Of a DNA stretch of 64,000 nt, positions 37,666-47,800 are shown piece after piece. Numbering within the stretch: the first letter of the stretch is position 1; each line of letters opens with the position of its first letter. Origin of the DNA: an uncultured Candidatus Saccharibacteria bacterium (lineage in GTDB: Bacteria > Patescibacteriota > JABMPQ01 > JAQVVF01); contig CAZNOH010000004.1 in NCBI GenBank assembly GCA_964574655.1, positions 66,046 to 130,045 of the forward strand. Direction: 5' to 3'. The notes below the pieces were generated by a model that saw only the letters and a program-made list of their open reading frames with translations, did no database searches and had not been told where the DNA came from. A program made the position numbers and the translations under genes.

Positions 37666-39105
37666 TTAATAAATGTATTCAAAATATTTATTTAGCTGTT
37701 TACTGTTTTGGTCAAAAATATATGGCAGATACTTCATTAAAGTTGGAAATTTTTTAGAAGCCTGCTCATACATTTTCGTGCCAACGAAACGGTAGGAAAC
37801 ATGACCGCCTGGATTTGCGCCGCGATAAAAACAGAAATAATATAATTCTCTTAAGTTCATTTTCATTAAAAATCTGCGGGCAAATGATTTCGTTGCAATA
37901 TAACCAGCTTCATTAGGAAATTTTTTGGAGATCATTTTATATGCCTTGTCTGTTTCTTCCATAACTTCTTTGTATTCTTTTTCTAAACCGGCTAAAACAA
38001 AAGCTCTTGGAATAAAATAACCATGCTTTGTTGTTACTGTTTGCGCTAATTGAGTCATGATTCTGTTTCTTTTTAAATCAGCATAAGCTCCTTGATCAAT
38101 TAATACATCAAAAGTAAAATAAGGAAGCTCTAAGGCGCGCAACGGCTTGTCATGTTTACCGATCCTCTTCAAAATATTATCAAGCAATTTTTCTCTGTCT
38201 ATTTTTTTTAAATTTTTTGCTTTTTGATAAGCTCTTTTATATGGGATATTCGAGAATTGATAAATAACTGCTGCCAATACTTTGTTTTCGGAATCTAAGT
38301 CAAAATCAACTAATTCAACTAAATTTTCTTTGCCTAAGTATTTTTTTTCAGCGCCTAAAATTGTTTTTACTTTTTTAGGTAAAATTTTATAAGAATCAAT
38401 TAGATAACTATTTGGATCAGCATATTTAACTAAAGTTGGCGTAATTTTTAATGCTTCTTTTTTTACTTGTTTAGCAATATTTTGAACTTCTGACAATGGA
38501 TGAGAAAACCATTTTATTAAAGCATTTTCATAAGTCCTTGCATTTGAAGTCATGCCAAGATTTGCGAAACACGCATTTGGCAAAAGATAACGGCACATAT
38601 CAATCCATTTAGATCTTACTCTTCCCTCATATCCTTTTTGATCTTCTTCTTTTTCTTTTGGATTTTCTTGAAAGATAATTTCTTGGACTGGCTTGATGCT
38701 TTTTTTATACAACGCGAACTGCAATTTTATTGTCTCGTGAAATAATTTGTTTATTAGTTTATCATTCTTAAATTCAGAAGGATAATAAACTCGATCTTCA
38801 TCATAAATTTGATAGCGTGAAGATTTCTCTGTGTAAGAAGCTAACCTGTTTGATTCAATTGCTTCAACTGCTAAAAGAGAAATATTTTCCATGGCAATAG
38901 AAATCGGCGCGTGTTCCGCAACTGAAGAGTGGCCATAGCCGACAACCCATTTTTCATGGAATTTTGATGAATTTTCGGCAGTTAGGCCGGCAGCAATTTC
39001 CTTAAAGGATTTGTCTGAACGCGAGCACTTTGCAAAAGTAACGGCGCGAACTTCTGGCGATAATCCCTCCAACGCATAAATTTGACAACAGTTTTTGCTT
39101 GGCAT
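37666..39105 (-). CDS. thyX: FAD-dependent thymidylate synthase, tandem two-domain ThyX-like
   Basis: YGHSSVAEH, R..SYTEKSSRY, RYLLP; second degenerate domain DLKRNR, MNLREL; adjacent to tmk. Confidence 0.85.
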   Translation of the reverse strand: MPSKNCCQIYALEGLSPEVRAVTFAKCSRSDKSFKEIAAGLTAENSSKFHEKWVVGYGHSSVAEHAPISIAMENISLLAVEAIESNRLASYTEKSSRYQIYDEDRVYYPSEFKNDKLINKLFHETIKLQFALYKKSIKPVQEIIFQENPKEKEEDQKGYEGRVRSKWIDMCRYLLPNACFANLGMTSNARTYENALIKWFSHPLSEVQNIAKQVKKEALKITPTLVKYADPNSYLIDSYKILPKKVKTILGAEKKYLGKENLVELVDFDLDSENKVLAAVIYQFSNIPYKRAYQKAKNLKKIDREKLLDNILKRIGKHDKPLRALELPYFTFDVLIDQGAYADLKRNRIMTQLAQTVTTKHGYFIPRAFVLAGLEKEYKEVMEETDKAYKMISKKFPNEAGYIATKSFARRFLMKMNLRELYYFCFYRGANPGGHVSYRFVGTKMYEQASKKFPTLMKYLPYIFDQNSKQLNKYFEYIY

Positions 39106-39186
39106 AAGATGATTTAATATATTAAGATGTTCTTTTTATTTTATGAAAAAATTAAGAAAAAGACAAGAGGGAAAAGGAGGACAAGC

Positions 39187-39789
39187 ATGCAACTGCACGA
39201 AATTGAAGCAGGACTAGCTAGCATAACTTCGGGTTTGCAGGGAGAAATTAGGTATGGCAGTCTGACATGTGCTAATCCGGAAAATGTTTTAGCTCATACT
39301 GTAAAACTTGGCATTGTAATCCAGTGGCTGAAACTGATGATTGAGCTTCATGATCCAGAGAAATACTTTGACGGAGAATTACTTTCTGATTTGGCCTTGA
39401 TTCATGATTTCGGCGAAGCTCATGAAAATTTCGGCGACATTGCAGAGCCTCTAAAGACAGAAATGGATGAGGAAACTGAACAACTGTCATTTTTGGAGAT
39501 GATCGAATTCTTGCCTGAAATTGTCAGAACAAGGCTTTGGAAACTGTATGATGTCCAAAAAGCGGACTCAATTGAAAGCAAACTTTTTAGAGTTTCAGAG
39601 CTATTGGTAAGAATTTTTTATTGTTTGAGAGAAATCCAGGTTGGAAATACATGCTTTTGGAAAGTGTTTTGGAATGAGTATGAAAAGATTCAGCCTTTTT
39701 TGAAAGAATTCAATGGCTTAAGAGTTATGTTCGTTCCAATCCAAGAATTTGCTGATTTAGTACGATCGCAAACACCAAGCGAACCTTAA
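39187..39789 (+). CDS. HD-domain hydrolase (YfbR-like 5'-deoxynucleotidase family)
   Basis: ENVLAHT, ALIHDFGEA, GDI..P.K; AAGGAGG SD. Confidence 0.8.
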   Translation: MQLHEIEAGLASITSGLQGEIRYGSLTCANPENVLAHTVKLGIVIQWLKLMIELHDPEKYFDGELLSDLALIHDFGEAHENFGDIAEPLKTEMDEETEQLSFLEMIEFLPEIVRTRLWKLYDVQKADSIESKLFRVSELLVRIFYCLREIQVGNTCFWKVFWNEYEKIQPFLKEFNGLRVMFVPIQEFADLVRSQTPSEP

Positions 39790-39792
39790 AAT

Positions 39793-39818
39793 AAAAAGGC
39801 TATTTCTAGCCTTTTTTT
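39793..39818. terminator. Bidirectional intrinsic terminator
   Basis: aaaaaggcta-tttc-tagccttttttt. Confidence 0.75.
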
Positions 39819-39830
39819 ATTTATCTTTTT

Positions 39831-40661
39831 TTAAACTTTAATTTTTATTCCAGGCCCCATAGTAGAGCAAATTGTAATGGTCTTAATAAAGTTGCCTTTT
39901 ACTTTTTCTGGTTTTAATTTTTTTAATTCTTCAATGAAAGTTGTTAAATTTTCAGCTAATTTTTTGGAATCAAATGTGGCTTTTCCAATCATCAGATGAA
40001 TAATGCCGTTAGCATCATTTTTGAAAGCTGTTTTTCCGCCCATCAATTCCTTGATTGTCTTTTCAGGAGTCGGACTAACTGTCTGATTTTTCGGAGTTGG
40101 CATCAAGCCTTTTGGACCAATAATTTTGGCAATCTGGCCTAATTTTGGCATCATTTTTGGCTCAGCGACAGCTATGTCAAAATCGCATTTTTTAGTTTCT
40201 TTGATTTGCTTAATCAATTCTTCACCGCCGACAATTTCAGCGCCTGCTTCTTTACAAGCTGCTTGATTTTGTTCTTCAACGAATGCGGCTATTCTAATTT
40301 TTCGGCCAGTTTCATTTGGAAATTTTACAGAGCCGCGAACCATTTGATCAGATTTGCCTAAATCAATTCCAAGTCGTGTATGGATTTCGATTGAACCATC
40401 AAATTTTGTTGTTGAAGTTTTCTTAGCTAATTCGATTGCTTCTGCGATAGAATATCTTTGACTTTTAATTTCTTTTTTTAATGCAGAATATCTCTTGCTT
40501 CTTTTGCGAGGTTGTCTTATTTTAGGTTTTTTAACTTTTTCTTTCTTTTCAGTTTTTTCAGCCTTCTGTTCCTTGTCTGTCTTTACTTTCTCTACAGTTT
40601 CTTTTTTTTCGTTCTTAACTTCGCTTGCTTTTTTCTCTTTAATTTCTTTTTCTTTTGCCAT
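39831..40661 (-). CDS. rplA: 50S ribosomal protein L1 with Lys/Glu-rich N-terminal extension
   Basis: KFDGSIEI, DQMVRG, GPKGLMP.PK, STMGPGI. Confidence 0.97.
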   Translation of the reverse strand: MAKEKEIKEKKASEVKNEKKETVEKVKTDKEQKAEKTEKKEKVKKPKIRQPRKRSKRYSALKKEIKSQRYSIAEAIELAKKTSTTKFDGSIEIHTRLGIDLGKSDQMVRGSVKFPNETGRKIRIAAFVEEQNQAACKEAGAEIVGGEELIKQIKETKKCDFDIAVAEPKMMPKLGQIAKIIGPKGLMPTPKNQTVSPTPEKTIKELMGGKTAFKNDANGIIHLMIGKATFDSKKLAENLTTFIEELKKLKPEKVKGNFIKTITICSTMGPGIKIKV

Positions 40662-40695
40662 TGTAATTTGCTTTAAGCATTTTTAATTAACTTTA

Positions 40696-40728
40696 CTTGT
40701 CCGCCGAAGTCATCTGGACGAAGGCGGA
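40696..40728 (+). repeat. Family A palindromic element
   Basis: cttg-tccgcc-gaa-gtc-atctg-gac-gaa-ggcgga. Confidence 0.8.
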
Positions 40729-40761
40729 GATATAAAGATTAATTAATAAAACTTAAAGTGT

Positions 40762-40790
40762 GTGGTTTTAACGCTCGTTTAAGCTCCCAC
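40762..40790 (-). promoter_or_regulatory. Putative L1-binding autoregulatory mRNA leader
   Basis: Minus strand GTGGGAG-cttaaacgagc-gttaaa-ACCAC upstream of rplA, matching the GUGGGAG...ACCAC L1-site pattern. Confidence 0.65.
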
Positions 40791-40866
40791 GATTATTATT
40801 TTAATGATATTAATAAGAATAAATCACGAAGCCAATTCCTGTAATAGCTTTTTGAAATAAGCTAAA

Positions 40867-41460
40867 CTATTTATCCGCCGGAGTTCTAGAGGACGAAGGC
40901 GGATTGATATTTAAAACAATTATCGTAATCGTATTAGTAAAAAGAAGAATAAATGCAACTATTGCTTCCAATGTTGCGAACAACTCAACCTGATTCAGCA
41001 ATGCGCCATAAGGTATCAGGTAAAAAACATTGAGCATAAATGGGAAATGACGCAATTTATATGATTCTACCACGCTTGATGAGAAAATCAAGAGCAAATT
41101 GAAGGCAATTAAAAGGGCTGCAATTTTGAAAGTGATTATATTGCCAAACGCTAAGGAAAGTGGCCAGCCTGCAGTTCTAAAAAACCTATCTAGAACTGTG
41201 TCATAATAGGTCCCAAATGGCGTGACTTTGCTTAATCGCCTTGCCATGGTGCCATCTAAATAATCAAAAAAATAATCACAAGCAATAAAAATTCCACCTA
41301 GAACTATTTGCCCATTATAAAAAAAATATAGCACTAAAATCTTAAAAAAAAGAGCGAAAAGGGTAAGCTTGTTTGGAGACAACCCCATTCGCTCTAAGAT
41401 TTTGTAGAACTTAAGCGGTAAAATATTGTCTGAATATTTTTTTATTTCCCTGATGAACAT
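40867..41460 (-). CDS. CDP-alcohol phosphatidyltransferase family protein
   Basis: PN.LT, D.LDG..AR......FG...D...DR; C-terminus encoded by a family A element (40870-40903). Confidence 0.9.
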   Translation of the reverse strand: MFIREIKKYSDNILPLKFYKILERMGLSPNKLTLFALFFKILVLYFFYNGQIVLGGIFIACDYFFDYLDGTMARRLSKVTPFGTYYDTVLDRFFRTAGWPLSLAFGNIITFKIAALLIAFNLLLIFSSSVVESYKLRHFPFMLNVFYLIPYGALLNQVELFATLEAIVAFILLFTNTITIIVLNINPPSSSRTPADK

Positions 41461-41470
41461 TAAAGTTTTA

Positions 41471-41893
41471 TTAACCTTTGACGGTTATGCCCATATTTCT
41501 TGCTGTGCCTTCAATAATTTTCATTGCTTGTTCAATATCATCGGTATTAAGATCAGGCATCTTTTTCTTAGCGATCTCTTGAATTTGAGCTTTTGTAACA
41601 ACACCAACTTTTTGTTTATTAGGTGTTCCTGAACCTTTTTTTATTTTAGCTGCTTTTTTTAGAAGTTCAGCTGCAGGAGAAGTTTTTAAAACAAAATCAT
41701 AAGTTCGATCTTCAAAAACTGTGATTTCTACAGGAATAATATCGCCTGCTTTATCTTTTGTTGCGGAATTAAATTTTGTACAAAATTCCTGAATATTCAA
41801 ACCATGCTGACCCAATGCTGGGCCAATTGGAGGGGCAGGATTTGCTTTTGCAGCGGGGATTTGAAGCTTGATAACTGTTTTGATCTTAGCCAT
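41471..41893 (-). CDS. rplK: 50S ribosomal protein L11
   Basis: [28 protein letters not shown]. Confidence 0.98.
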   Translation of the reverse strand: MAKIKTVIKLQIPAAKANPAPPIGPALGQHGLNIQEFCTKFNSATKDKAGDIIPVEITVFEDRTYDFVLKTSPAAELLKKAAKIKKGSGTPNKQKVGVVTKAQIQEIAKKKMPDLNTDDIEQAMKIIEGTARNMGITVKG

Positions 41894-41931
41894 AATGATA
41901 TTTAATACTTAGTTAATAATTGACGTGAGTA

Positions 41932-42031
41932 TAATACGAATGACCATACGAATAATGCGAATGATACAAATTGCGAATACGTCGATTCGTAATTCGCAAC
42001 ATTCGCATTATTCGCATACGCATTCGTATCA
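41932..42031. repeat. Empty periodic inverted repeat (TACGAAT / ATTCGTA)
   Basis: Five (a/g)cgaat-type units followed by five attcg(c/t)a units. Confidence 0.75.
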
Positions 42032-42037
42032 TCATAT

Positions 42038-42583
42038 TTACCACTTTGTCTTGTGAATGCCTAGCCAGAATCCAATTCTGTTGATTAATATGTGGAAAAA
42101 CGGAACTAGAATTAACAAGATAACGTAAACTGGCCAACTCGGACGAAAATAGAATGATACGAAGATTAATGCGCCTAGAATAAAATCAATCTGATCCCAA
42201 GGAATAAATTTCTGACCTGGCTTTACATCGACTTGACGTTTGAAAAAACTTTTGATTGTATCCCCGACCATCGCACCTAGTCCAGACAATAAACCGAATA
42301 GTATAAAATTATACTCTCTAAACGGGAAGATTGTCAAGGATTGAAAGAATTCAAAACTGAAATAAAGATAGGCTTGAATGCCAGCAATTATGACACCAAC
42401 AATTATAGCTGCAAAATATCCACGCCATGTCTTGTGATCACCGAAGATTCTCTGACCGCGAAAACTTTTTCCGAAATCAACAGGAATATTTAGGAAATTA
42501 ATTTTTTTAGCAAAAACAGGAGCCATGTTGGCAATACCCGCTGGTAAAATAAAATATAACGCTTGAATTATTAAATAGAACAT
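42038..42583 (-). CDS. CDP-archaeol synthase (CarS/DUF46)-like membrane protein
   Basis: PA..ANMAPV, PVDFG, RIFGDHKTWRG, GD..KSFFKR, PG......DQIDF, IGFWLG. Confidence 0.88.
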   Translation of the reverse strand: MFYLIIQALYFILPAGIANMAPVFAKKINFLNIPVDFGKSFRGQRIFGDHKTWRGYFAAIIVGVIIAGIQAYLYFSFEFFQSLTIFPFREYNFILFGLLSGLGAMVGDTIKSFFKRQVDVKPGQKFIPWDQIDFILGALIFVSFYFRPSWPVYVILLILVPFFHILINRIGFWLGIHKTKW

Positions 42584-42608
42584 TTATTTAATATAAACTA
42601 AATAATTA

Positions 42609-43154
42609 TTATATTTTCTTGATTTGCAAGAAATCTAATTCAACTGGAGTTTCACGTCCGAACATATTAACTAATACCTTAACTGTTCCTTTTTCTTCAT
42701 CAATTTTGTTGACCTTGCCATCGAAATCTTTGAATGGGCCATCTGTGATTTTGATAGTTTCGCCTATGCATACGTCAATTTTGAATTTTGGCTCGTCTAC
42801 TCCCATTCTCTTTTTCAATGATTCATATTCTTTTTCTGAAATAGGCAGAGGAATTGTTCCAGAGCCGATGAAACCTGTTACATTAGGAGTGTTTCTGACA
42901 ACGTACCATGATTCATCAGTTACAATCATTTCAACTAAAACATAGCCAGGATATACCTTTTCTTCAATTGTTTTTCTTTTGCCATTTTTAATTTTGATCT
43001 TTTTTTCTTTTGGAACTAAAACATCAAAAATCTTGTCCTGCATATTCATGGACTCAATTCTTTGTTTTAGGTTTTCAGAAACATTCTCTTCGTAACCAGA
43101 ATAAGTATGCAAAACATACCATTGTCTTTCTTTCGGGCCTATTTGCTTTGGCAT
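42609..43154 (-). CDS. nusG: Transcription factor NusG
   Basis: WYVLHTYSGYE, YPGYVLVEM, KOW domain, FGRETPVELDF. Confidence 0.98.
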   Translation of the reverse strand: MPKQIGPKERQWYVLHTYSGYEENVSENLKQRIESMNMQDKIFDVLVPKEKKIKIKNGKRKTIEEKVYPGYVLVEMIVTDESWYVVRNTPNVTGFIGSGTIPLPISEKEYESLKKRMGVDEPKFKIDVCIGETIKITDGPFKDFDGKVNKIDEEKGTVKVLVNMFGRETPVELDFLQIKKI

Positions 43155-43199
43155 AAGTTAAAAAAGTTAAAAGTAAAAATTCAAAAGTTAAAAATAATA

Positions 43200-43397
43200 T
43201 TAAATAAATATTTGCAGAACTTTGGCAAACGCATAATCAAAAATTCCCAAAAAAGCAGCTGTTGCTAATGAGATGCCAATGACTATTAAAGTATGGCGAA
43301 ACAATTCTTGTTTGGTTGGCCAAACAACTTTTTTCATTTCTTCTTTAGATTCTTTGAAATAATTAATGATCTTTGGAAAAATCTCTTTGATCTTCAT
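43200..43397 (-). CDS. secE: Preprotein translocase SecE
   Basis: EMKKVVWPT; upstream of nusG. Confidence 0.95.
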   Translation of the reverse strand: MKIKEIFPKIINYFKESKEEMKKVVWPTKQELFRHTLIVIGISLATAAFLGIFDYAFAKVLQIFI

Positions 43398-43409
43398 AAA
43401 TTTTTTTTA

Positions 43410-43448
43410 CTTGTCCTCCGGAGTTTCGCGGAGCGAAATGCAGGAGGA
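43410..43448 (+). repeat. Family A palindromic element
   Basis: cttg-tcctcc-gga-gtttcgc-gga-gcgaaat-gca-ggagga. Confidence 0.8.
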
Positions 43449-43508
43449 TTAAAAAACAGCGGCTGGAACCACTATTTATTAGTTCCATTATAATTTATTA
43501 AAAATGTA

Positions 43509-43555
43509 TTGTCAAGAGCTTTTGTTTTGTATATACTTGAGTATGCTCTTTCAAG
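43509..43555 (+). promoter_or_regulatory. Promoter plus boxA-like motif for the Cys-rich gene array
   Basis: TTGTCA-17-TATACT then TGCTCTTTCAAG. Confidence 0.7.
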
Positions 43556-43596
43556 GTCAGAAAAAATAGCTAACCCCTAACCGAGGAGGAAGGAAA

Positions 43597-43950
43597 ATGA
43601 GAAAGACAGGTTTGTTGTTGGTTGTTATGCTCATTATTTTGGCAATTTGTTCTTTTTCAAAAAACATTTTTGCGATGGCTTGCGAAGGTGAAGCAGAAAA
43701 AGCTTGTGATTATAACTATCATGAATGGTTTTATCCGGCTGAAGATTTCGATTTGATGAAATGCGTTGCAGGTTGCTACAGCTTGGAAACAAATGCCAGA
43801 ACTGATGCGAAGAGGATTTGCTGTTGGGATGATGATGACGGAAATCTCGAAGAACAGTGTTACTTTTTCTTGGATGATTATTTTGCTTTTTATGATGAAT
43901 TGTACGAAATTTCTGATGTGGGAAATTTCGCTGTTTTCATGATTCAGTAG
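43597..43950 (+). CDS. Secreted Cys-rich small protein 1
   Basis: MRK signal peptide; CCWDDDDGNLEEQC; GAGGAGG SD. Confidence 0.75.
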   Translation: MRKTGLLLVVMLIILAICSFSKNIFAMACEGEAEKACDYNYHEWFYPAEDFDLMKCVAGCYSLETNARTDAKRICCWDDDDGNLEEQCYFFLDDYFAFYDELYEISDVGNFAVFMIQ

Positions 43951-43974
43951 CTCCCCAACCAAGGAGGAAAGACG

Positions 43975-44265
43975 ATGAGAAAAGCAAGTTTGTTGTTGGC
44001 AATTTTCATTCTGATGCTGTGTTCATGTATCATGGAAAAGAAAGCAAACGCACTGTTTTTAGTTGGAGAGGGAGTACCCATTTTCGCATTTAATGACATA
44101 TCTTACTGTATGTCGCAAGAAGGCTTTACTGGCAAAGAAAAAAGCTGGAAGGATTCTAAGAGTTTGATCAGGGAATGCATCTCTTGGCTAGAAGTTTGTC
44201 AGCCAGAATATCTTGATGGCACATTATCAGATTGGATCGATTATGCAAATTCTTGCCATCCCTAG
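43975..44265 (+). CDS. Secreted Cys-rich small protein 2
   Basis: MRKA signal peptide ending ANA; SWKDSKSLIREC; AAGGAGG SD. Confidence 0.75.
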   Translation: MRKASLLLAIFILMLCSCIMEKKANALFLVGEGVPIFAFNDISYCMSQEGFTGKEKSWKDSKSLIRECISWLEVCQPEYLDGTLSDWIDYANSCHP

Positions 44266-44284
44266 AAAAGAAGGAGGAAGGAAG

Positions 44285-44557
44285 ATGAGAAAAGCTGGAC
44301 TAGCTGTGATTCTCTTTGTTTGTCTGTTGTGTTTGGCAACTGACAAGGCCGAAGCTTATCTGAGCCATTTTGGCGGACACATTGAGATAGTGGTGGCTTC
44401 ACCAACCAAAGAAGATTGTTTGGAAGATGAATCTTTTCCTTGGAAGGATTGCTGTTGGAAAGACGAGGACAGTCTCTATGAAGCCTGTGATGCATGGTTT
44501 CGTGGCTGGCCTTGGTCGCCAGAAGAATTTGAAAAGGAAAATTCTTGTCGCCACTAG
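44285..44557 (+). CDS. Secreted Cys-rich small protein 3
   Basis: MRKA signal peptide ending AEA; CCWKDEDSLYEAC; AAGGAGG SD. Confidence 0.75.
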   Translation: MRKAGLAVILFVCLLCLATDKAEAYLSHFGGHIEIVVASPTKEDCLEDESFPWKDCCWKDEDSLYEACDAWFRGWPWSPEEFEKENSCRH

Positions 44558-44571
44558 AAGGAGGAAGGAAG

Positions 44572-44862
44572 ATGAGAAAAGCCAAGTGGTTGTTGATGTT
44601 GATGTTTTTGTGTGTATGTGGAATTTGTCTGACTGAAACGAAAAGTGAAGCATTGACTTGCTGGGATGGTTATTGCTGTTGTGATAATGGCGATATGGTC
44701 TGCAATGCAATTTGTAGTTCTACAAGGGAATTAGCATGCTATTTGGAAAATAATAATAAAGATCGAGCTTGCTGTTGGCTAAAAGATGGCGGATCAAGAG
44801 AAAGTGATTGCAAGGCAGAACTGGCAAAAAGCAAATCAGGACATGTGTTCATTTTGTACTAA
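44572..44862 (+). CDS. Secreted Cys-rich small protein 4
   Basis: MRKA signal peptide ending SEA; CCWLKDGGSRESDC; AAGGAGG SD. Confidence 0.75.
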   Translation: MRKAKWLLMLMFLCVCGICLTETKSEALTCWDGYCCCDNGDMVCNAICSSTRELACYLENNNKDRACCWLKDGGSRESDCKAELAKSKSGHVFILY

Positions 44863-44883
44863 GAGACTAGGTCTCTTTTTTTA

Positions 44884-47800
44884 TTATATATCAAGATTCT
44901 TTACACTCGTAGCATGTGTCTGAATGAATCTTTTTCTAGGCTCAACTTCATTGCCCATCAAGATATCAAAAGTCTCATCAGCCTTAGCCACGTCTTCAAC
45001 ATTAACTTTTAGCATGACTCTATTCTGAGGATCCATTGTTGTTTCCCAAAGCTGACTAGGGTTCATTTCTCCCAAACCTTTGTAGCGCTGAATATTAACA
45101 CCAGTCATTTTTTCCTCTTCAGCTACTTCATCCCCTTCTTTCAATTCCTTTATCGTAAATCCGGCTTTTTCAATTTTGCTTTTTTTTGTTTTCTTAGCAG
45201 GTAACTTTTCAATTTCTTTTAAGATTTTTACTTTTTCTTGGTCTGAATAAGCATAATTCACTTTTTTGCCTTTTTCTATTCTATACAATGGCGGTTGAGC
45301 AATATATAGATATCCTTTTTTAATTATTTCTTGATAATATCGGTAGAAGAAAGTTAATAGCAATGTTCTAATATGCGCGCCATCAACGTCAGCATCAGTC
45401 ATAATAATTATTCGATGATAACGCATTTTTTCAATTTCTTTTTCTTCACCGACTCCCATGCCCATAGCAATGATCAAAGCTTTGATTTCTTTTGAAGTCA
45501 ACATTTTGTCAATTCTGGCTCTTTCAACATTTAATATTTTACCGCGGAGAGGAAGAATGGCTTGGAAAGTTCTGTCTCGGCCTTGTTTGGCGCTATTATG
45601 TACAAAAATTCCAGAACTTAGGGCGAAATTGTGTGAATTTGGTACTTCAAAATCATAGACATCTATTTTTTTTGATATTTTTTTAATGCATTTGATCTTG
45701 TGGTTATAATTTTTTACAGCTTCGTAAAAATTTTCTTTTTTTCCTTCAAAAAAGCGTTTTACTAAAGTTGTTGCTTTCAATAAATTAGTATTTTTTTTCT
45801 CTAAAGAATTTCTTTCTTGATCATATGAATCAATACTACCGTTTTGTTCTAAGATTTTTTTAGCAAATTGCAAACTAGAATTTAGATAAGTCTGGCTATA
45901 AGCCTCTTTTCTTTTCTGGCGAAATTCTTTTGTCCATTGTTTTTTGGTTTCGTTTTTTCTCCAGCTTAAAAGCGCCTTATCAGACCATTCTGCTTCAGCT
46001 TTTTTAACTAAATGCAATTTCATTTCTGGATTATTTTCAAAATATTTTTTAGTTTTTTCTGATTGCTTCTGTCGATTTTCTTTTTTTGCCCAATATTCTT
46101 TCTGTTCTTTATCTAATCTTTGTAGAGTTTTTTTCTGATAGGCTTTGTTGCTATTATAAAATTCTAAATATTTTTCAGCCATGTATTCTTTATAATCAGA
46201 ATTTTTCCATTGTTTTTTAGCTCTTTGACTCAATAAATTTCCCATTTTTTTCATTGTTTGAGAAATTTTTTGGCGATAAGCTTGTGTTTTTTTTATTTTG
46301 TTGCATTTTTCAATCGTATCTTTTCGATGAAGAGTTGTGCTAGCAAAATCTTGATGAAGTTTTAAATGCTGATCTTTTGTCATGCGTACAATATTGTTGG
46401 GGTCGTTATTTAACTTGTTAAAATCGAAATGATGGCGATAATAATTTTCATTTTCTTCGTTATAAACATTATGTTCTAAATTATACTTATCAGCTAAACT
46501 GTGCGCAAAAATCCAGTGGTGATTTTTTGGATCAAAAATCATTTTGTAACCTTCAATAGTAATTCTACCTTTTCTTTGTGATAATTTATTTATAAAAGGC
46601 ATTAAACTCATATCAGATTTTAAATCTTGCGCTTTGATATATTTTCCATCACGCAACATAAATTTATGATCAGGAGTTGCAATTATTCCTTCATTGTTAT
46701 CTAAAATGATTTTTATAACTTGAGCATTTCTTTTAGTAATCCTCGGATTTAGAATTTTTTCAATGCCGATGCTATTGTTATTTTTGATAGTGTAGCAATA
46801 ATTTTGTTTATTTTGTTTCCATTCTTTAACTAATTCTTTTAAGCTCAAATCTCTCCCATCAGCTAAGGAAATTTTTGTATTTCCGTCAAAACATCCTCCA
46901 GCGGAGTCACCCTCGACAATATATAATTCTGATTCTTCTGGATTTTTTGATGAGCAATCAGCTAATTTTCCAGGCAGAGATAAACCATCCATAATACCTT
47001 TTCTGATGACAGTGTCTTTCGCTGCCTTAGCTGCCAATCTTGCTTTGCAAGCTAATAATGTTTTCGCCATGATTTGACGAGCATCTTGAGGGTGTTCTTC
47101 TAAAAATTGCGCAAAATATTCGGCAACAACTGAACTAACGATTGGTCTGATTTCTGAATTGCCCAATTTTGCTTTTGTTTGGCCTTCAAATTGAGGATTA
47201 GGAAGCTTTAAGGAGATAACAGCAGTTTGACCTTCACGAACATCATCGCCTGTTAAATTGTCTTCTTTTTCTTTAAGATAGCCATTTTTCCTAGCATAAT
47301 CGTTGATAACACGAGTTACGGAAGTTCTGAATCCCATTAAATGAGCCCCACCTTCTGGCGTGTAAATATTATTAGCAAAAGCCATTTCAATGCCATTGAT
47401 CTCTTGAGTATATTGCAAGGCGACTTCAACTAAAACATCGCCCTGTGCTTTTTCAACATAAAAAGGATTTTCATGAACAACTTTTTCACTGCGATTCAAA
47501 AATCTGACATAAGATAAAATTCCACCTTCAAAATAAAAAGTCAAAGCACGTGGAATTTTTGGCGCAAGTTCATGACCTGTTCTTTCATCAGATATGGAAA
47601 TTTTGACGCCTTTTGTTAAATAGGCTTGCTGACGCAAATGAGTAATGATTGTCTTCCAATCAAATTCTATTTTTGGAAAAATCTCTGGATCTGGCTCAAA
47701 AATAACCGAAGTGCCAGTGCCCTTAGCTTTTTTTTCTTTTATTACTTTTGTCGAAGTCTTGCCTCTTTTATATTCTTGGCTCCATAAGTAGCCATCTCTT

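Noticed and set aside
37554-37757. Short ORFs over periodic repeats (also 41913-42137, 43293-43493, 14401-14727)
   Set aside because: Translations of repeat elements or antisense shadows of real genes; no independent coding evidence.
43580-44862. CRISPR array or integron cassette array
   Set aside because: The repeated parts are RBS plus signal-peptide coding sequence. No constant repeat-spacer period, cas genes, attC-like sites or integrase.
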